Made by a program: the position numbers and the translations under genes. The notes below the pieces were generated by a model, which searched no databases, was not told where the DNA came from, and saw only the letters and a program-made list of their open reading frames with translations. From the sequence record SRR20825006_1197: a stretch of DNA of 26,963 nt. The stretch is one strand, 5' to 3'. Positions 10,745 through 20,464 of the stretch are shown here, piece by piece (position 1 is the stretch's first letter; every line of letters begins with the position of its first letter).

Positions 10745-11838
10745 GTTGGGACTATCGACCGCTGCTGAGCGGCCAATCTCGAGATCCTTTTTCGTCCATG
10801 GCTCGCGGGGCTTTGTGGTGTGTCAGTGGATTCTACAACGTCGCCGCTCGACACCGTCGTCGCCAGTACGACAGCGGTAATCGTGAAACCTGCAACGCTG
10901 GGGTGCCGGTCATCAGCGTCGGCAACCTGACAACTGGCGGGACGGGAAAGACGCCCGTCGTCGCAGATTTGTGCCGTCGACTTCGTGCGATGGACTTTCG
11001 CGTGACAATCATCAGTCGTGGCTACGGTGCCAGCGATGGCCGAATGAACGATGAGGCGATGGAGCTTCAAGAACGCCTGCCCGATGTGCCACACGTGCAA
11101 CATCCCGACCGCGTCGAAGCCGCTCGTATCGCGGTGGAAGAGTTGGCTGCGGAAGTCTTGGTCATGGACGATGGGTTTCAACACCGACGTCTACAAAGAG
11201 ATTTGGACATCGTTGTCATCGATGCGACTTGCCCGTTTGGATACGGCCACGTTTTACCTCGTGGGACATTGCGTGAACCTCTCGACAGTGTCACTCGTGC
11301 GGATTGGGTTTTGATCACTCGGGTCGATCAAGTCGATCCTGAAGAAGTCCTGGCGATACGGTCGACGATCGCTCAACATGCTCCCGACTGCCCCGTGCTC
11401 GAAACCGAGCACCGCCCGTCGACGATTCAAAGTTCGGTTGGAGATTGGGAAGCAATTGAGGTCTTGATTGATCAACCAGTCGCATTGGTTTCAGCCATTG
11501 GCAATCCCGATGCGTTTGAGCAAACCGTTTTGGATTGCGGTGCGATCGTGGTCGATCATCTTCGACTGCCCGACCATGATTCATACGAGCGAGCGACTCG
11601 CGAAAAATTGCGTTCTTGGGTCACCAAGTTGAAAGGCGGCCCGCAACCGCCGCAACGTTTGCTGTGCACACACAAGGACGCTGTGAAATTGGCGACGGAT
11701 TCCATCGCCGGCGTGCCTTTGGGCTACATGCCCATCGAACTCGCTTATCGCACTTCCGAAGAACCGCTTCAATTGCGGTTGGAACTGTTGATGGGTGGCT
11801 CGGTGGAAAATCAATCGTCGCGAGACGATTCGGCGTGA
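10741..11838 (+). CDS. lpxK: Tetraacyldisaccharide 4'-kinase (lipid A 4'-kinase)
   Basis: '[16 protein letters not shown]', 'SRGYG', 'DE', '[17 protein letters not shown]', 'LPRGTLRE', 'IGNP', 'PDH', 'THKDAVK' are LpxK signatures. ATGA overlap with the helicase stop. Confidence 0.96.
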   Translation: MSWDYRPLLSGQSRDPFSSMARGALWCVSGFYNVAARHRRRQYDSGNRETCNAGVPVISVGNLTTGGTGKTPVVADLCRRLRAMDFRVTIISRGYGASDGRMNDEAMELQERLPDVPHVQHPDRVEAARIAVEELAAEVLVMDDGFQHRRLQRDLDIVVIDATCPFGYGHVLPRGTLREPLDSVTRADWVLITRVDQVDPEEVLAIRSTIAQHAPDCPVLETEHRPSTIQSSVGDWEAIEVLIDQPVALVSAIGNPDAFEQTVLDCGAIVVDHLRLPDHDSYERATREKLRSWVTKLKGGPQPPQRLLCTHKDAVKLATDSIAGVPLGYMPIELAYRTSEEPLQLRLELLMGGSVENQSSRDDSA

Positions 11839-13028
11839 ATGGTCGCTGCCGAATCGGGTAGCCGTTTGATCTTGGGGCGACGCTGTTTCCGAACTTTTTC
11901 CGGAACCATTCCCCGCATCGCTTCCAATTTTCCGAAGCACAGCAATCGATCATGCGGTTCCAGCGTGCGTTTCAATCGCGGGTTCGGGATCACCGTCGTG
12001 CCCCGGTAGAGCGTCAGCACGTTGATGTCCAATTCTGGCAAACCGGATTCGTCAATGGTTTTGCCGACGTAGTCCGATCCATCGCGGACGTGCAGTTCAG
12101 TCACGCCGTATCCGCGGCTGACGGTCAAACGCTGGCGAACATCGACTTCGGGGAAGTCGACCTGGGCGGACATGTAATCAATGATCGCTCCCGCGATATC
12201 GAGCTTGGTTGCCGATTCAATGCCTTCCAAACCCGGTGAAGAATTGACTTCCATTACCTGCGGACCATTGGTCCCCTCGAGCATGTCGACGCCGGCAACT
12301 CGCAGGCCCATGATTTGAGCAGCCCGGACCGCAGTTTCGGCGTAGGTTTCATCCAAAACCACGGCTTCGGTTTGACCGCCACGGTGAACATTGCTGCGGA
12401 ACTCGTTGCCAACGGCAACACGACGCATCGCGGCGACGACGCGATCGCCAATCACAAATGCCCGAATGTCTTTGCCGCGGCTTTCGGCGACAAACTGTTG
12501 AACCAGAACGTTCTGTTTCGTGCTTTGCAGTGTCTCGATGATTGCTTCGGCGACCTTGACGTTTTCGGCCAGAATCACACCGACACCTTGGGTTCCTTCC
12601 AGCAATTTAATGATCACCGGAGATCCACCCACACGCTCGATTGCGGGAAGAATGTCTTTGCGATCGCGAACGAACGTCGTCTTCGGGATTCCAATTTGAT
12701 GTCGGGACAGAATTTGCAAACTACGAAGCTTGTCCCGCGAATTGCTGATGCCGGCCGACGAGTTGGCACAGAACACATCCATTTGCTCGAATTGCCGGAC
12801 GACGGCGGTACCGAAGTAAGTGATCGATGCACCGATACGAGGAAGCACGCCGTCGTAGTCGCTGAGCTGCTTGCTGCGATAGTACAGATCGGGTTCACCT
12901 TCGGCCAAGTCGATAGCGAACTTCAGCGTGTTGAGAACTTTGGCTTTGATGCCGCGTTGTTCGGCAGCTTCCACCAATCGTCGTGTGCTGTAACAACGTG
13001 GCGAACATGACAGGATGGCAAGTTTCAA
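11811..13028 (-). CDS. rimK: RimK-family alpha-L-glutamate ligase (ATP-grasp) with C-terminal TrkA-C/RCK_C domain
   Basis: '[10 protein letters not shown]', '[11 protein letters not shown]', '[12 protein letters not shown]', '[11 protein letters not shown]', 'FRSNVHRGG', '[12 protein letters not shown]'. Extra ~110 aa '[22 protein letters not shown]...VLTLYRG...PNP...[11 protein letters not shown]' is RCK_C-like. TTG start. Confidence 0.93.
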   Translation of the reverse strand: MKLAILSCSPRCYSTRRLVEAAEQRGIKAKVLNTLKFAIDLAEGEPDLYYRSKQLSDYDGVLPRIGASITYFGTAVVRQFEQMDVFCANSSAGISNSRDKLRSLQILSRHQIGIPKTTFVRDRKDILPAIERVGGSPVIIKLLEGTQGVGVILAENVKVAEAIIETLQSTKQNVLVQQFVAESRGKDIRAFVIGDRVVAAMRRVAVGNEFRSNVHRGGQTEAVVLDETYAETAVRAAQIMGLRVAGVDMLEGTNGPQVMEVNSSPGLEGIESATKLDIAGAIIDYMSAQVDFPEVDVRQRLTVSRGYGVTELHVRDGSDYVGKTIDESGLPELDINVLTLYRGTTVIPNPRLKRTLEPHDRLLCFGKLEAMRGMVPEKVRKQRRPKIKRLPDSAATIHAESSRDD

Positions 13029-13154
13029 GGGTTTTCTCTCAGGAAGCTGCGAGTTGCTGAAGTTGGGCCACAGGACCCGGCACCGGATGCATCCGATGCG
13101 AGTGCAGAGGCAGTGTCTATCTTTGACCGAGTGAGACGGTCACGTTATGGCGAT

Positions 13155-13688
13155 TCAGTTCAATGGTGGTTCCGTCCCATTGGGACGTTTGCGTCTTCTG
13201 CGGCCAGCCAAAAACGATGCGGCGGAATCGACCAAGAATCGATTTCGAATTGCTTCGCGGCCCACCAACATACGAAAACCCATCGAGTCACGATTGGCGA
13301 GAGTCAAATCCACCATCACTCTGCGTCGTAAGATTTCCAGTGCGGTGCGAATCACGATTCGTTCGCTGACGTTGCCGTTGCTGCTGCGGACATGCCGACG
13401 TTCCAAAATCGGCACGTCGGCTTCGATATGCAGGTCGTCACGGCGCTGGACGGGGTGAATGGAGAAGCGAACACGCTCCACATCGTTCTCGAAATACGTT
13501 TCCACATCAAACGCGTGCAGCGAACTGGATCGTGCACCCGTGTCGATTTTGGCTTTGACGTGCCGAACTTTTAACTCTGGCAATCCAACCCACTCACGCC
13601 ACCCAATTACGACCAACGGGTCTGTTGGCAGTAATTTCGAGCCGGTGAATTCCGTTTCAGGCTGATGAGGGCTAGGATCGTTTGTCAT
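13155..13688 (-). CDS. RimK-associated retropepsin-like protease (RimB-like; often annotated ATP-dependent zinc protease)
   Basis: 'IGWREWVGLPEL', 'AKIDTGARSSSLHA', 'VRSSNG', 'RDSMGFRMLVGREAI'. Lies directly upstream of rimK. ATG at 13688 is preferred over the ORF start at 13763. Confidence 0.88.
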   Translation of the reverse strand: MTNDPSPHQPETEFTGSKLLPTDPLVVIGWREWVGLPELKVRHVKAKIDTGARSSSLHAFDVETYFENDVERVRFSIHPVQRRDDLHIEADVPILERRHVRSSNGNVSERIVIRTALEILRRRVMVDLTLANRDSMGFRMLVGREAIRNRFLVDSAASFLAGRRRRKRPNGTEPPLN

Positions 13689-13988
13689 TGGCCATCGTTG
13701 GTGGGTAGGATCGCGAATGGCTGGTCGAATCAGTCGTGCGTGACAACCTGAACCGTCAGTCATTCAGCGGTGGGCTCTCCATCGATTGAGCGAACACGAT
13801 GAGCGATGGGATGCATGCAGATTGACGATTGAGAGTGCGAAACGTCAAGCGGATCAAAAAACTTTGGCGGCGATCGCGTCTGGGCATCAGACACATTGTG
13901 ACCGATTCGCTATACTCCGAGGGCGTTTTATTCTGATTGTTTGCCGGAAATGTTTTCCGCCCATTGCCCTGCCCCTGGAGTTGAATGA

Positions 13989-14837
13989 ATGTCCGCTGAA
14001 TCATCCGATTCGATCTCGCCCTCCGATTCTCCTCGACCGTTGAAGGGGAAGCGTGCGTTGATCTCGGGAGCTTCACGCGGAATCGGACGCGGGATCGCGT
14101 TGGAAATGGCTCAAGCGGGCGCGTCGGTTACGATAAATTATCATTCGAATCCCGGAGAAGCCGATAGCGTCGTGAAAGAGTGCGAAGCTCTCGGGGTCGC
14201 CGCGTTCGCAATCGGGGCCGACATTTCGGACGCCGACCAAGTCCGAGGTATGGTCTCTGACGCCTGCGAGCAAATGGGCGGATTGGACATTGTTGTTAGC
14301 AATGCCGCTTACAGCGATCGACACTTGATGTTGGAATCCGACATGGATGAGTTCCGACGCACGATCGATGTCAGCATGTGGGGCGCCTTTCATCTGGTTC
14401 GATCGGGTGCCCAGAAGATGGTCGACGGTGGCAATGGCGGCAACATCGTCGTCATCAGCAGTCCTCACGCTCACATGCCGATGCCTGGGGCGATGGCTTA
14501 CAACATGGCCAAGGCTGCGAACGATCAAATGGCGCGAACCGCCGCGGTGGAACTCGCATCGAAACGTATTCGTGTGAACCTGATTCATCCGGGGTGGATC
14601 GACACTCCCGGCGAACGAAAGTTCTTCAAAGAGGAAACTTTGCGTTCCGAAGGTGCCAAATTGCCTTGGGGCCGTCTTGGGCAAATTCGCGAAATCGGTC
14701 GCGGTGCTGTGTTCCTTTGCGACCCTCGCAGTGAATACATCACCGGCAGCACGCTGACGATCGACGGTGGGATCCAATTGCCTTGGCGCGAGATGTATCG
14801 TGTCGAAGAGGCTCGCCGCGAAACGGCGGCAACCTGA
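13989..14837 (+). CDS. Classical short-chain dehydrogenase/reductase (FabG/glucose 1-dehydrogenase-like)
   Basis: 'ALISGASRGIG', 'SNAA', 'ISS', catalytic 'YNMAK', 'IHPGWIDT', 'ITGSTLTIDGG'. Substrate unknown. Confidence 0.93.
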   Translation: MSAESSDSISPSDSPRPLKGKRALISGASRGIGRGIALEMAQAGASVTINYHSNPGEADSVVKECEALGVAAFAIGADISDADQVRGMVSDACEQMGGLDIVVSNAAYSDRHLMLESDMDEFRRTIDVSMWGAFHLVRSGAQKMVDGGNGGNIVVISSPHAHMPMPGAMAYNMAKAANDQMARTAAVELASKRIRVNLIHPGWIDTPGERKFFKEETLRSEGAKLPWGRLGQIREIGRGAVFLCDPRSEYITGSTLTIDGGIQLPWREMYRVEEARRETAAT

Positions 14838-14863
14838 TCACGTCTGGACGAAGACGTGGATCA
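14835..14863. terminator. Hairpin between convergent SDR and metallo-hydrolase genes (possible terminator)
   Basis: TGAT-CACGTCT-ggacga-AGACGTG-g-ATCA: 11-bp stem with a 1-nt bulge. No clear U-tract. Confidence 0.3.
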
Positions 14864-14880
14864 CTGGTCCACGATCAATC

Positions 14881-15651
14881 TTAGAACGCGACGCTCAAAC
14901 CATCCGTCGCGATTTCGATTGGACAGTCAAGCGATTGGCCTTCATCGCCGATTTCCAGTTCAGCGATCGGGTTGATATGCGTGAGCAATAGACGTCGCGG
15001 TTTGGTCTGGCCAGCGATGTCCAATACCTTTCGCAGATAGCAGTGGCCGGTCTTCTCCGCCCACTTCTGATTCTGGTTGTCGAAATTGCACTCATGCATC
15101 AACAAGTCTGCGCCCGACATCCAACGAAGTGATTCTGGGTCATCTTCGCCAAGCGTGTCGGTCGCATAGACCAATACGGCGGGTGGATCTGAGACAGATG
15201 ATTTTGGCCTGGGGGTATGCAGTCGATAAGCCACCGATCCACCGGGATGCTCTTGAGGCCGCCAAGACATCTCCGTTCCATGCAGATCACACGCGGGCTG
15301 ATCGTCAATCGCGTGCCATGTCACCGGGATTGCGACGGGGAAAAGGCTCTCGTGGAACAGGTGTTCTCGAATGGCTGCCAGCTTTTCTCGCTGACCCCAA
15401 ACACGAACATCCTTCACAGGCCGCTGATGCAGGATATCCAACAAGAATGTTAGCCCGACGACGTGATCGAGATGGGCGTGACTGAGAAGGATATCGAGGT
15501 GGTCGGTTTCAATAAGCTTGGGAAGACGAAAGATTCCCGTGCCCGCATCAAGCAGCACGCCGGACTTCGGTAGGAAATAACACGATGTGTGACGAGATTC
15601 GTTGGGATGATACCCAGCCGTTCCCAAGCAATGCACTTCCAGTGTCTTCAT
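14881..15651 (-). CDS. Metallo-beta-lactamase-fold hydrolase, RNase Z/BN-like
   Basis: 'LGTAGYHP', 'LLDAGTG', 'SHAHLDH', 'EHPGGSVAYR', 'YATDT', 'LMHEC', 'GH', 'LTHI'. Confidence 0.85.
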   Translation of the reverse strand: MKTLEVHCLGTAGYHPNESRHTSCYFLPKSGVLLDAGTGIFRLPKLIETDHLDILLSHAHLDHVVGLTFLLDILHQRPVKDVRVWGQREKLAAIREHLFHESLFPVAIPVTWHAIDDQPACDLHGTEMSWRPQEHPGGSVAYRLHTPRPKSSVSDPPAVLVYATDTLGEDDPESLRWMSGADLLMHECNFDNQNQKWAEKTGHCYLRKVLDIAGQTKPRRLLLTHINPIAELEIGDEGQSLDCPIEIATDGLSVAF

Positions 15652-15793
15652 CGAATTTCCAATGCCTTCCCCAATGTCACCATCTCAGAGATGTCGTCCA
15701 AGTGGTCTCATTTGTTCGTCCTGCGATGTATCGCCGGCGAGATACCAAACGTCCTGTCGGAGTCCATTGTCGAATGATTAAACTCTGTTTGAC

Positions 15794-16693
15794 ATGAACG
15801 CCCTACCCGACAAGATCGATGCTGGCACCGCAGTCGTTTGCCGCGATGCCACGGTAACCTATCCCGGCGGTGTGTGCGCCCTCGATCGCATCAATCTGAG
15901 TGTCCGGCAAGGAGAAAGGCTGGCGTTTGTCGGCCCGAGTGGATGCGGCAAGACCACCCTGCTTCGGGTGATTGCCGGGTTGCAACCACTGACCAGTGGT
16001 GTTTGCCAGCGAAGCAACAAGTACCAACGAAGCAATGAGAGTGAGCAGCAAAACTTCGAAGGCAAGCCCAAAAACAGCGACGATGGGAAAGTAGGTCGTC
16101 AGCCGGCCGTTAACCGACGCTCGGTTGCTACATCGTTTGTCTTTCAGCAACCTGCTCTGTTGCCGTGGACCAATGTGCTCAAGAACGTTGCTTTGCCACT
16201 CACTCTGGGACGACGTCGCGAGCGGGCGTCTGCGAAGGATCTGCGTGAGCGTGCGTTGGCGGCTATCGAGGAAGTGCAACTGACCGAAGCGGCGACGCGC
16301 TATCCCCATCAATTGTCCGGCGGCATGAAGATGCGAGCGTCGATCGCTCGGGCATTGGTAACGAGACCTGAGTTCTTGTTGCTCGATGAACCTTTCGCGG
16401 CCCTGGATGACATGCTGAGAAATCAGCTGGGCCGGTTGTATTTGAAGTTGTGGGGGCATCACCGTTTCACCAGCATTTTGGTCACTCACAACATTGCCGA
16501 AGCGATCCAGCTCAGCGAACGTATCTGTGTGATGCATCGCGGAAGCATCGTCAGCGAAATACCCAATCCGCTTACAACATCGAAGCCGCATAAGGACCTG
16601 AGACGAACCAACGAGTTCGCGGAATTCTTTGGCAAGGTCAGCGACGCTCTCGAGAACGCTGCGTCGTCCAATTCGGAAAGGGCGTTCTCATGA
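15794..16693 (+). CDS. ABC transporter ATP-binding protein, NitT/TauT/SsuB family
   Basis: Walker A 'GPSGCGKT', Q-loop 'VFQQPALLPW', signature 'LSGGMKMR', Walker B 'LLLDEPFAALD', 'VTHN'. Confidence 0.95.
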   Translation: MNALPDKIDAGTAVVCRDATVTYPGGVCALDRINLSVRQGERLAFVGPSGCGKTTLLRVIAGLQPLTSGVCQRSNKYQRSNESEQQNFEGKPKNSDDGKVGRQPAVNRRSVATSFVFQQPALLPWTNVLKNVALPLTLGRRRERASAKDLRERALAAIEEVQLTEAATRYPHQLSGGMKMRASIARALVTRPEFLLLDEPFAALDDMLRNQLGRLYLKLWGHHRFTSILVTHNIAEAIQLSERICVMHRGSIVSEIPNPLTTSKPHKDLRRTNEFAEFFGKVSDALENAASSNSERAFS

Positions 16694-17505
16694 GCAGCGA
16701 GGTGCAACGGGGCTCAAAGTCGATTCGCGGAAACCGAAGTGAGTGGGCGTGGACCGCCTTCGCGGTGATCATGGTTGCGGCGTTGGGGATCGCCGCTTGG
16801 CATTTTGTTGTGAAGCTTTTCAATTTACCAAAGCTTCTCTTGCCCACACCCTGGCAAGTCGCGGAGGCGGGGTGGCAACATCGCGACGTCCTGCTGAAAT
16901 CAGGTTGGATCACACTGTGGACTGCAACAGTCAGTTTGTTCGTCGCGGTGATCATCGGTGGTGCCGTGTCGATCTTGTTCAGTCAGTCGCGATTGCTGCG
17001 CCGGGCACTGTTTCCTTATGTGGTGTTCTTGCAAACGGTTCCCATCGTCGCCATCGCTCCATTGCTCGTCATCTGGTCCGGGTACGAATTTCGAACTGCA
17101 GTCATCGCGACCGTGATCATTTGTTTGTTTCCGATCGTCAACAATGTGACCACGGGGCTGACCTCGGTTCGTCCTGAGCACAATGACTTGCTGCGAATGT
17201 ACGGTGCAACGCGATGGCAGCGGCTTTGCCGTGTCCAGATCCCAACTGCGATTCCTTTCTTGGTGCTCGGTGCACGAATCAGCAGTGGATTGGCTGTGAT
17301 CGGTGCAATTGTAGCCGAGTTTTTCGTCAGCAATGGTGCTGACTATGAAGGACTTGGTGCCGTGATGACGGGCTGGCAAGCGCGGACAATGACGGACGCA
17401 TTGATGGCCGCTTTGGCAGTCTCTACGTTGTTGGGTTTGATTCTCTTTGGCGGAGTGAATCTACTGAGTCGACTGTTTTTGAAACGATACCTCCTCGTGA
17501 ATTGA
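16690..17505 (+). CDS. ABC transporter permease, NitT/TauT/SsuC family
   Basis: Multiple TM helices; 'LLPTPWQV', 'QTVPIVAIAPLLVIW', EAA-like 'DLLRMYGATRWQ', 'GAIVAEF'. ATGA overlap with the ATPase. Confidence 0.95.
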   Translation: MSSEVQRGSKSIRGNRSEWAWTAFAVIMVAALGIAAWHFVVKLFNLPKLLLPTPWQVAEAGWQHRDVLLKSGWITLWTATVSLFVAVIIGGAVSILFSQSRLLRRALFPYVVFLQTVPIVAIAPLLVIWSGYEFRTAVIATVIICLFPIVNNVTTGLTSVRPEHNDLLRMYGATRWQRLCRVQIPTAIPFLVLGARISSGLAVIGAIVAEFFVSNGADYEGLGAVMTGWQARTMTDALMAALAVSTLLGLILFGGVNLLSRLFLKRYLLVN

Positions 17506-18551
17506 GTTCACCGATGCAATCGCCTGCCTACTCTGCAACCTTTCGCGTGTCTGAATGGATGCGAAGTTGGTCGTCCATCGGTTGTTTGTTGCTCGTAGTA
17601 GGGACGGGCTGCTCACAAAAACCGGCAGACTCATCTGGCAATGAATCGAATGATTCGATTCGCAGTGTTTCGGTTCAGCTGAATTGGTACCCCGAAGTCG
17701 AGCACGGCGGCGTCTATCAATCAGTCGTCGATGGCACCTACGGGTCGCTGGGGCTCAACGTTGATATTCAGCCAGGTGGTCGAGCAACCCCGGTCGCATC
17801 CGAGCTGGCTATGGGACGCAGCCAGTTTGCGATCACCAATGCGGACGATGTGGTTTTGTTTCGAGCTCAAGGTGCCGACGTGGTTGCCGTCATGGCGGCT
17901 GTTCAAGACCACCCACGATGCATCCTCGTGCGAGCGGATAGTGGTGTCGAAAGCTTGGAGAACTTGTCGGGTTTGACGCTACAACGCCAAGCGGGCCGCG
18001 CGTACCTCACGTTTCTCGAAAAACGTGGCTATTTGAAGGACGTTCGCCAAGTGCCCTATCACAACAGCATCGCGGCGATGGTGACCGATCCGAAAATTGC
18101 GGTGCAAGCCTACAGCGTGGCGGAACCGTTGATCGCAGAACAGCAAGGCCTAGAAGTTCGCACGTTGATGGTTAGCGAGTTGGGGTGGAATCCTTATTCG
18201 AGCGTCTTGGTGACGACCGGCGATATGATTCGAGAATCTCCCGAGGTTGTTCACGCGATGGTGGAGGGAACCGTCGCGGGTTGGAAAAAATTCCTGGATT
18301 CACCCGCACAGGCGAACGCCGCGATTCTCGATGCGAACAAACATGGAATGACCGAAGAGGCATTGCGGTTCGGAGCCGAACAGATGGTTCCGCTCGCAAT
18401 GCCGGGTGGAAACAGCAACGAGGTCGGCATGATGACCGACACTCGATGGCAAGAATTGGTCGATCAGATGATCGAACTGGAGTTAGTCAACGCGGACGTT
18501 GTGAAAGCGGAAGACTGCTTCACGACAGAATTTTTATCTGCTGAGATGTGA
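17502..18551 (+). CDS. ABC substrate-binding lipoprotein, NMT1/THI5-like
   Basis: Lipobox-like 'LLVVGTGC'; 'VQLNWYPEVEHGGVYQ', 'DIQPGG', 'AAVQDHP', 'GWNPYSSVL'. True start may be ATG 17514 or 17559. Confidence 0.88.
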   Translation: MSSPMQSPAYSATFRVSEWMRSWSSIGCLLLVVGTGCSQKPADSSGNESNDSIRSVSVQLNWYPEVEHGGVYQSVVDGTYGSLGLNVDIQPGGRATPVASELAMGRSQFAITNADDVVLFRAQGADVVAVMAAVQDHPRCILVRADSGVESLENLSGLTLQRQAGRAYLTFLEKRGYLKDVRQVPYHNSIAAMVTDPKIAVQAYSVAEPLIAEQQGLEVRTLMVSELGWNPYSSVLVTTGDMIRESPEVVHAMVEGTVAGWKKFLDSPAQANAAILDANKHGMTEEALRFGAEQMVPLAMPGGNSNEVGMMTDTRWQELVDQMIELELVNADVVKAEDCFTTEFLSAEM

Positions 18552-18589
18552 GTCCGCTTTTCGATCTGCCCAACTTCGTGCAGTGCTGT

Positions 18590-19591
18590 TCAAGCAGCCT
18601 GCGAGGTCGACGCTGTTGAAGCTGTAATTGCTTGCATCGCTTTTTCACGCTTCTTCGCCAAACGCCGAGCGATCTTCTCGGGAGGCTTGCGCCAGCGTCG
18701 ATGCAACCACCAGTATTGTTCGGGCGCCAAGTCGATCATCGATTCAAGTTGTTCGTTGTACCATTCGGTCAGTTGGCCGACTGATTGTCCATTCTCTGAA
18801 CCTGTGGCGGGGTCCACGAGGCCCAGCAGTCCCGATTCAAACTGCATCGGTTTGCCATCAACACGGCGTGTGTACACACTCAACATTGGTGCGCTCGCGG
18901 TCAGTGAAAACAGAGCAAGAGCCTTGTGGCATGATGCGGGGACGCCACAGAATTCGGTCCAAAGCCCTTTTTCGCCGGCGTGTTGATCTCCCAAAAGGGA
19001 AAGCATGCCGCCTTCGCTCAAGTGCTTTTCGACGATTGGGGCACAGCCGATTTTATCGACCATGCTTTGGCCCTTCGCACTGCGAAAGTCCTCGACCCAA
19101 TGGTGTAGATGTTGATTGTCCAGACGCCGGGCGATGGTCAGCGTGCCGACTCCCATCACACCCATGGTGTAACCACCAACTTCGAAGTTACCGAAGTGGC
19201 CGGTCACATAGACCGAAGGGCGATCGCTCAACATGTATTGCAACATCGTCCGGTTGCCATGGAAACGCACGTGTCGGTGCCAATTGCTGCGATGCAATCG
19301 TCGCTGAGCCCAGGCGACTTCGCAAACCATCAGCATCAAGTGATGCCACATTGCGAAGGTCAATTCTTTTTGCTTCCGCTGGGGCAGGTTGGGGAAAATC
19401 TTTGCCAGCGTCGTTTGAATGACCTGTTTTCGAACGGGCAGCGGACCGCTCAGGATCGCTGCCACGACACGGCAAAATCGATCGCCCATGTCCAATGGCA
19501 TGACTTGGATTGACGCAACGATCAAACGCACCATCGCATAAGCAATCGCGTCGAGAGCTCGTTGACGCATCAGACGCAGACGCGATTTCAC
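18590..19591 (-). CDS. Lipid A late acyltransferase family (LpxL/HtrB-like)
   Basis: HX4E motif 'TGHFGNFE', 'RRLDN', 'LGDQHAG', 'FCG', C-terminal 'PEQYWWLHRRWR'. Confidence 0.9.
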   Translation of the reverse strand: MKSRLRLMRQRALDAIAYAMVRLIVASIQVMPLDMGDRFCRVVAAILSGPLPVRKQVIQTTLAKIFPNLPQRKQKELTFAMWHHLMLMVCEVAWAQRRLHRSNWHRHVRFHGNRTMLQYMLSDRPSVYVTGHFGNFEVGGYTMGVMGVGTLTIARRLDNQHLHHWVEDFRSAKGQSMVDKIGCAPIVEKHLSEGGMLSLLGDQHAGEKGLWTEFCGVPASCHKALALFSLTASAPMLSVYTRRVDGKPMQFESGLLGLVDPATGSENGQSVGQLTEWYNEQLESMIDLAPEQYWWLHRRWRKPPEKIARRLAKKREKAMQAITASTASTSQAA

Positions 19592-19718
19592 GGTTTCCTA
19601 CCCGGATTCATGACGTTGAGTGGTTTGGCTGGCGTTTCCTGTCCAGCTCGAATTTGCATCGCCGGGGTGGCGTTGTCCAGCAATTTTGACGCAATTCGCC
19701 ATGCGTCGCCAGATGAAT

Positions 19719-20393
19719 TCAACGTCCGCCGAGTACCGTTTTGGATAGAGGAACCATGGGGGCTCGGACCGTGGTTTCAATCACCAGGCGGTTTTCGTCG
19801 CGAAACTCGGTGACGTAACCCGTGATGGTCCAGCGATCATCGTTGGAATCTTCTTCGATTGCGCGTGATATCCGGTCGAGCATGAGGTTTTCGGTCACCA
19901 AGGTCATCGGCACCGCGATGGCTGCCGGAGTGATCGGCAAGTCAGGATCTTCCAGGTTGGTGGAGTCAAACGTTCCGATCCCACGACCAATCGGTTGCTT
20001 CTTTCCGAGCAGCGTTTCTTCTTCTTGATTGGGTTTGCGAGCCAACCCGTGCTGGACCAGTGTGTCCAAATTCTGTTTCCGAACCGCATCTGGTTGCTCG
20101 GGCAGAAAACGCCATCGATGGCCGCTGAGGACGAAGCGTCCCGTGACCGGTCCGACGCGGGTGCCTTCTCGCAAAATCACTCCCGCGGTCGTCAACGGAT
20201 CACCGGCATTCGCCGCACCATTGGACATGGGCGGCATCGTCTGGCGGTTGAAACTGGATTGCCCCGTCCCAACTGGATCCGCGGCGGACACTGCGACCAC
20301 GCCAAGACAAAGAACGAACGGAGCGGCCAGCATCACGTGGGTGGTGAGCTTGCCAGCGATCAAATTCCATTGCGTCAATTGTTTGTTAGGCAT
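19719..20393 (-). CDS. Hypothetical exported protein
   Basis: 224 aa with an N-terminal hydrophobic signal-like segment and a compact C-terminal domain 'ENLMLDRI...RWTITGYVTEFRDENRLVI'. Co-directional with its neighbours. Confidence 0.7.
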   Translation of the reverse strand: MPNKQLTQWNLIAGKLTTHVMLAAPFVLCLGVVAVSAADPVGTGQSSFNRQTMPPMSNGAANAGDPLTTAGVILREGTRVGPVTGRFVLSGHRWRFLPEQPDAVRKQNLDTLVQHGLARKPNQEEETLLGKKQPIGRGIGTFDSTNLEDPDLPITPAAIAVPMTLVTENLMLDRISRAIEEDSNDDRWTITGYVTEFRDENRLVIETTVRAPMVPLSKTVLGGR

Positions 20394-20464
20394 GGATCGA
20401 TCTCTTCACGCGAGGTGCAACGCTGTCATCAACGATGAATTCGTGATCATTCTCAGTGTGAGGG

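Noticed and set aside
14073-16591. Long antisense ORFs such as 14073-14777 and 15803-16591 (also 12315-13010, 18628-19422, 6926-7570)
   Set aside because: They shadow well-supported genes on the opposite strand, as expected from codon bias, and carry no domain signatures.
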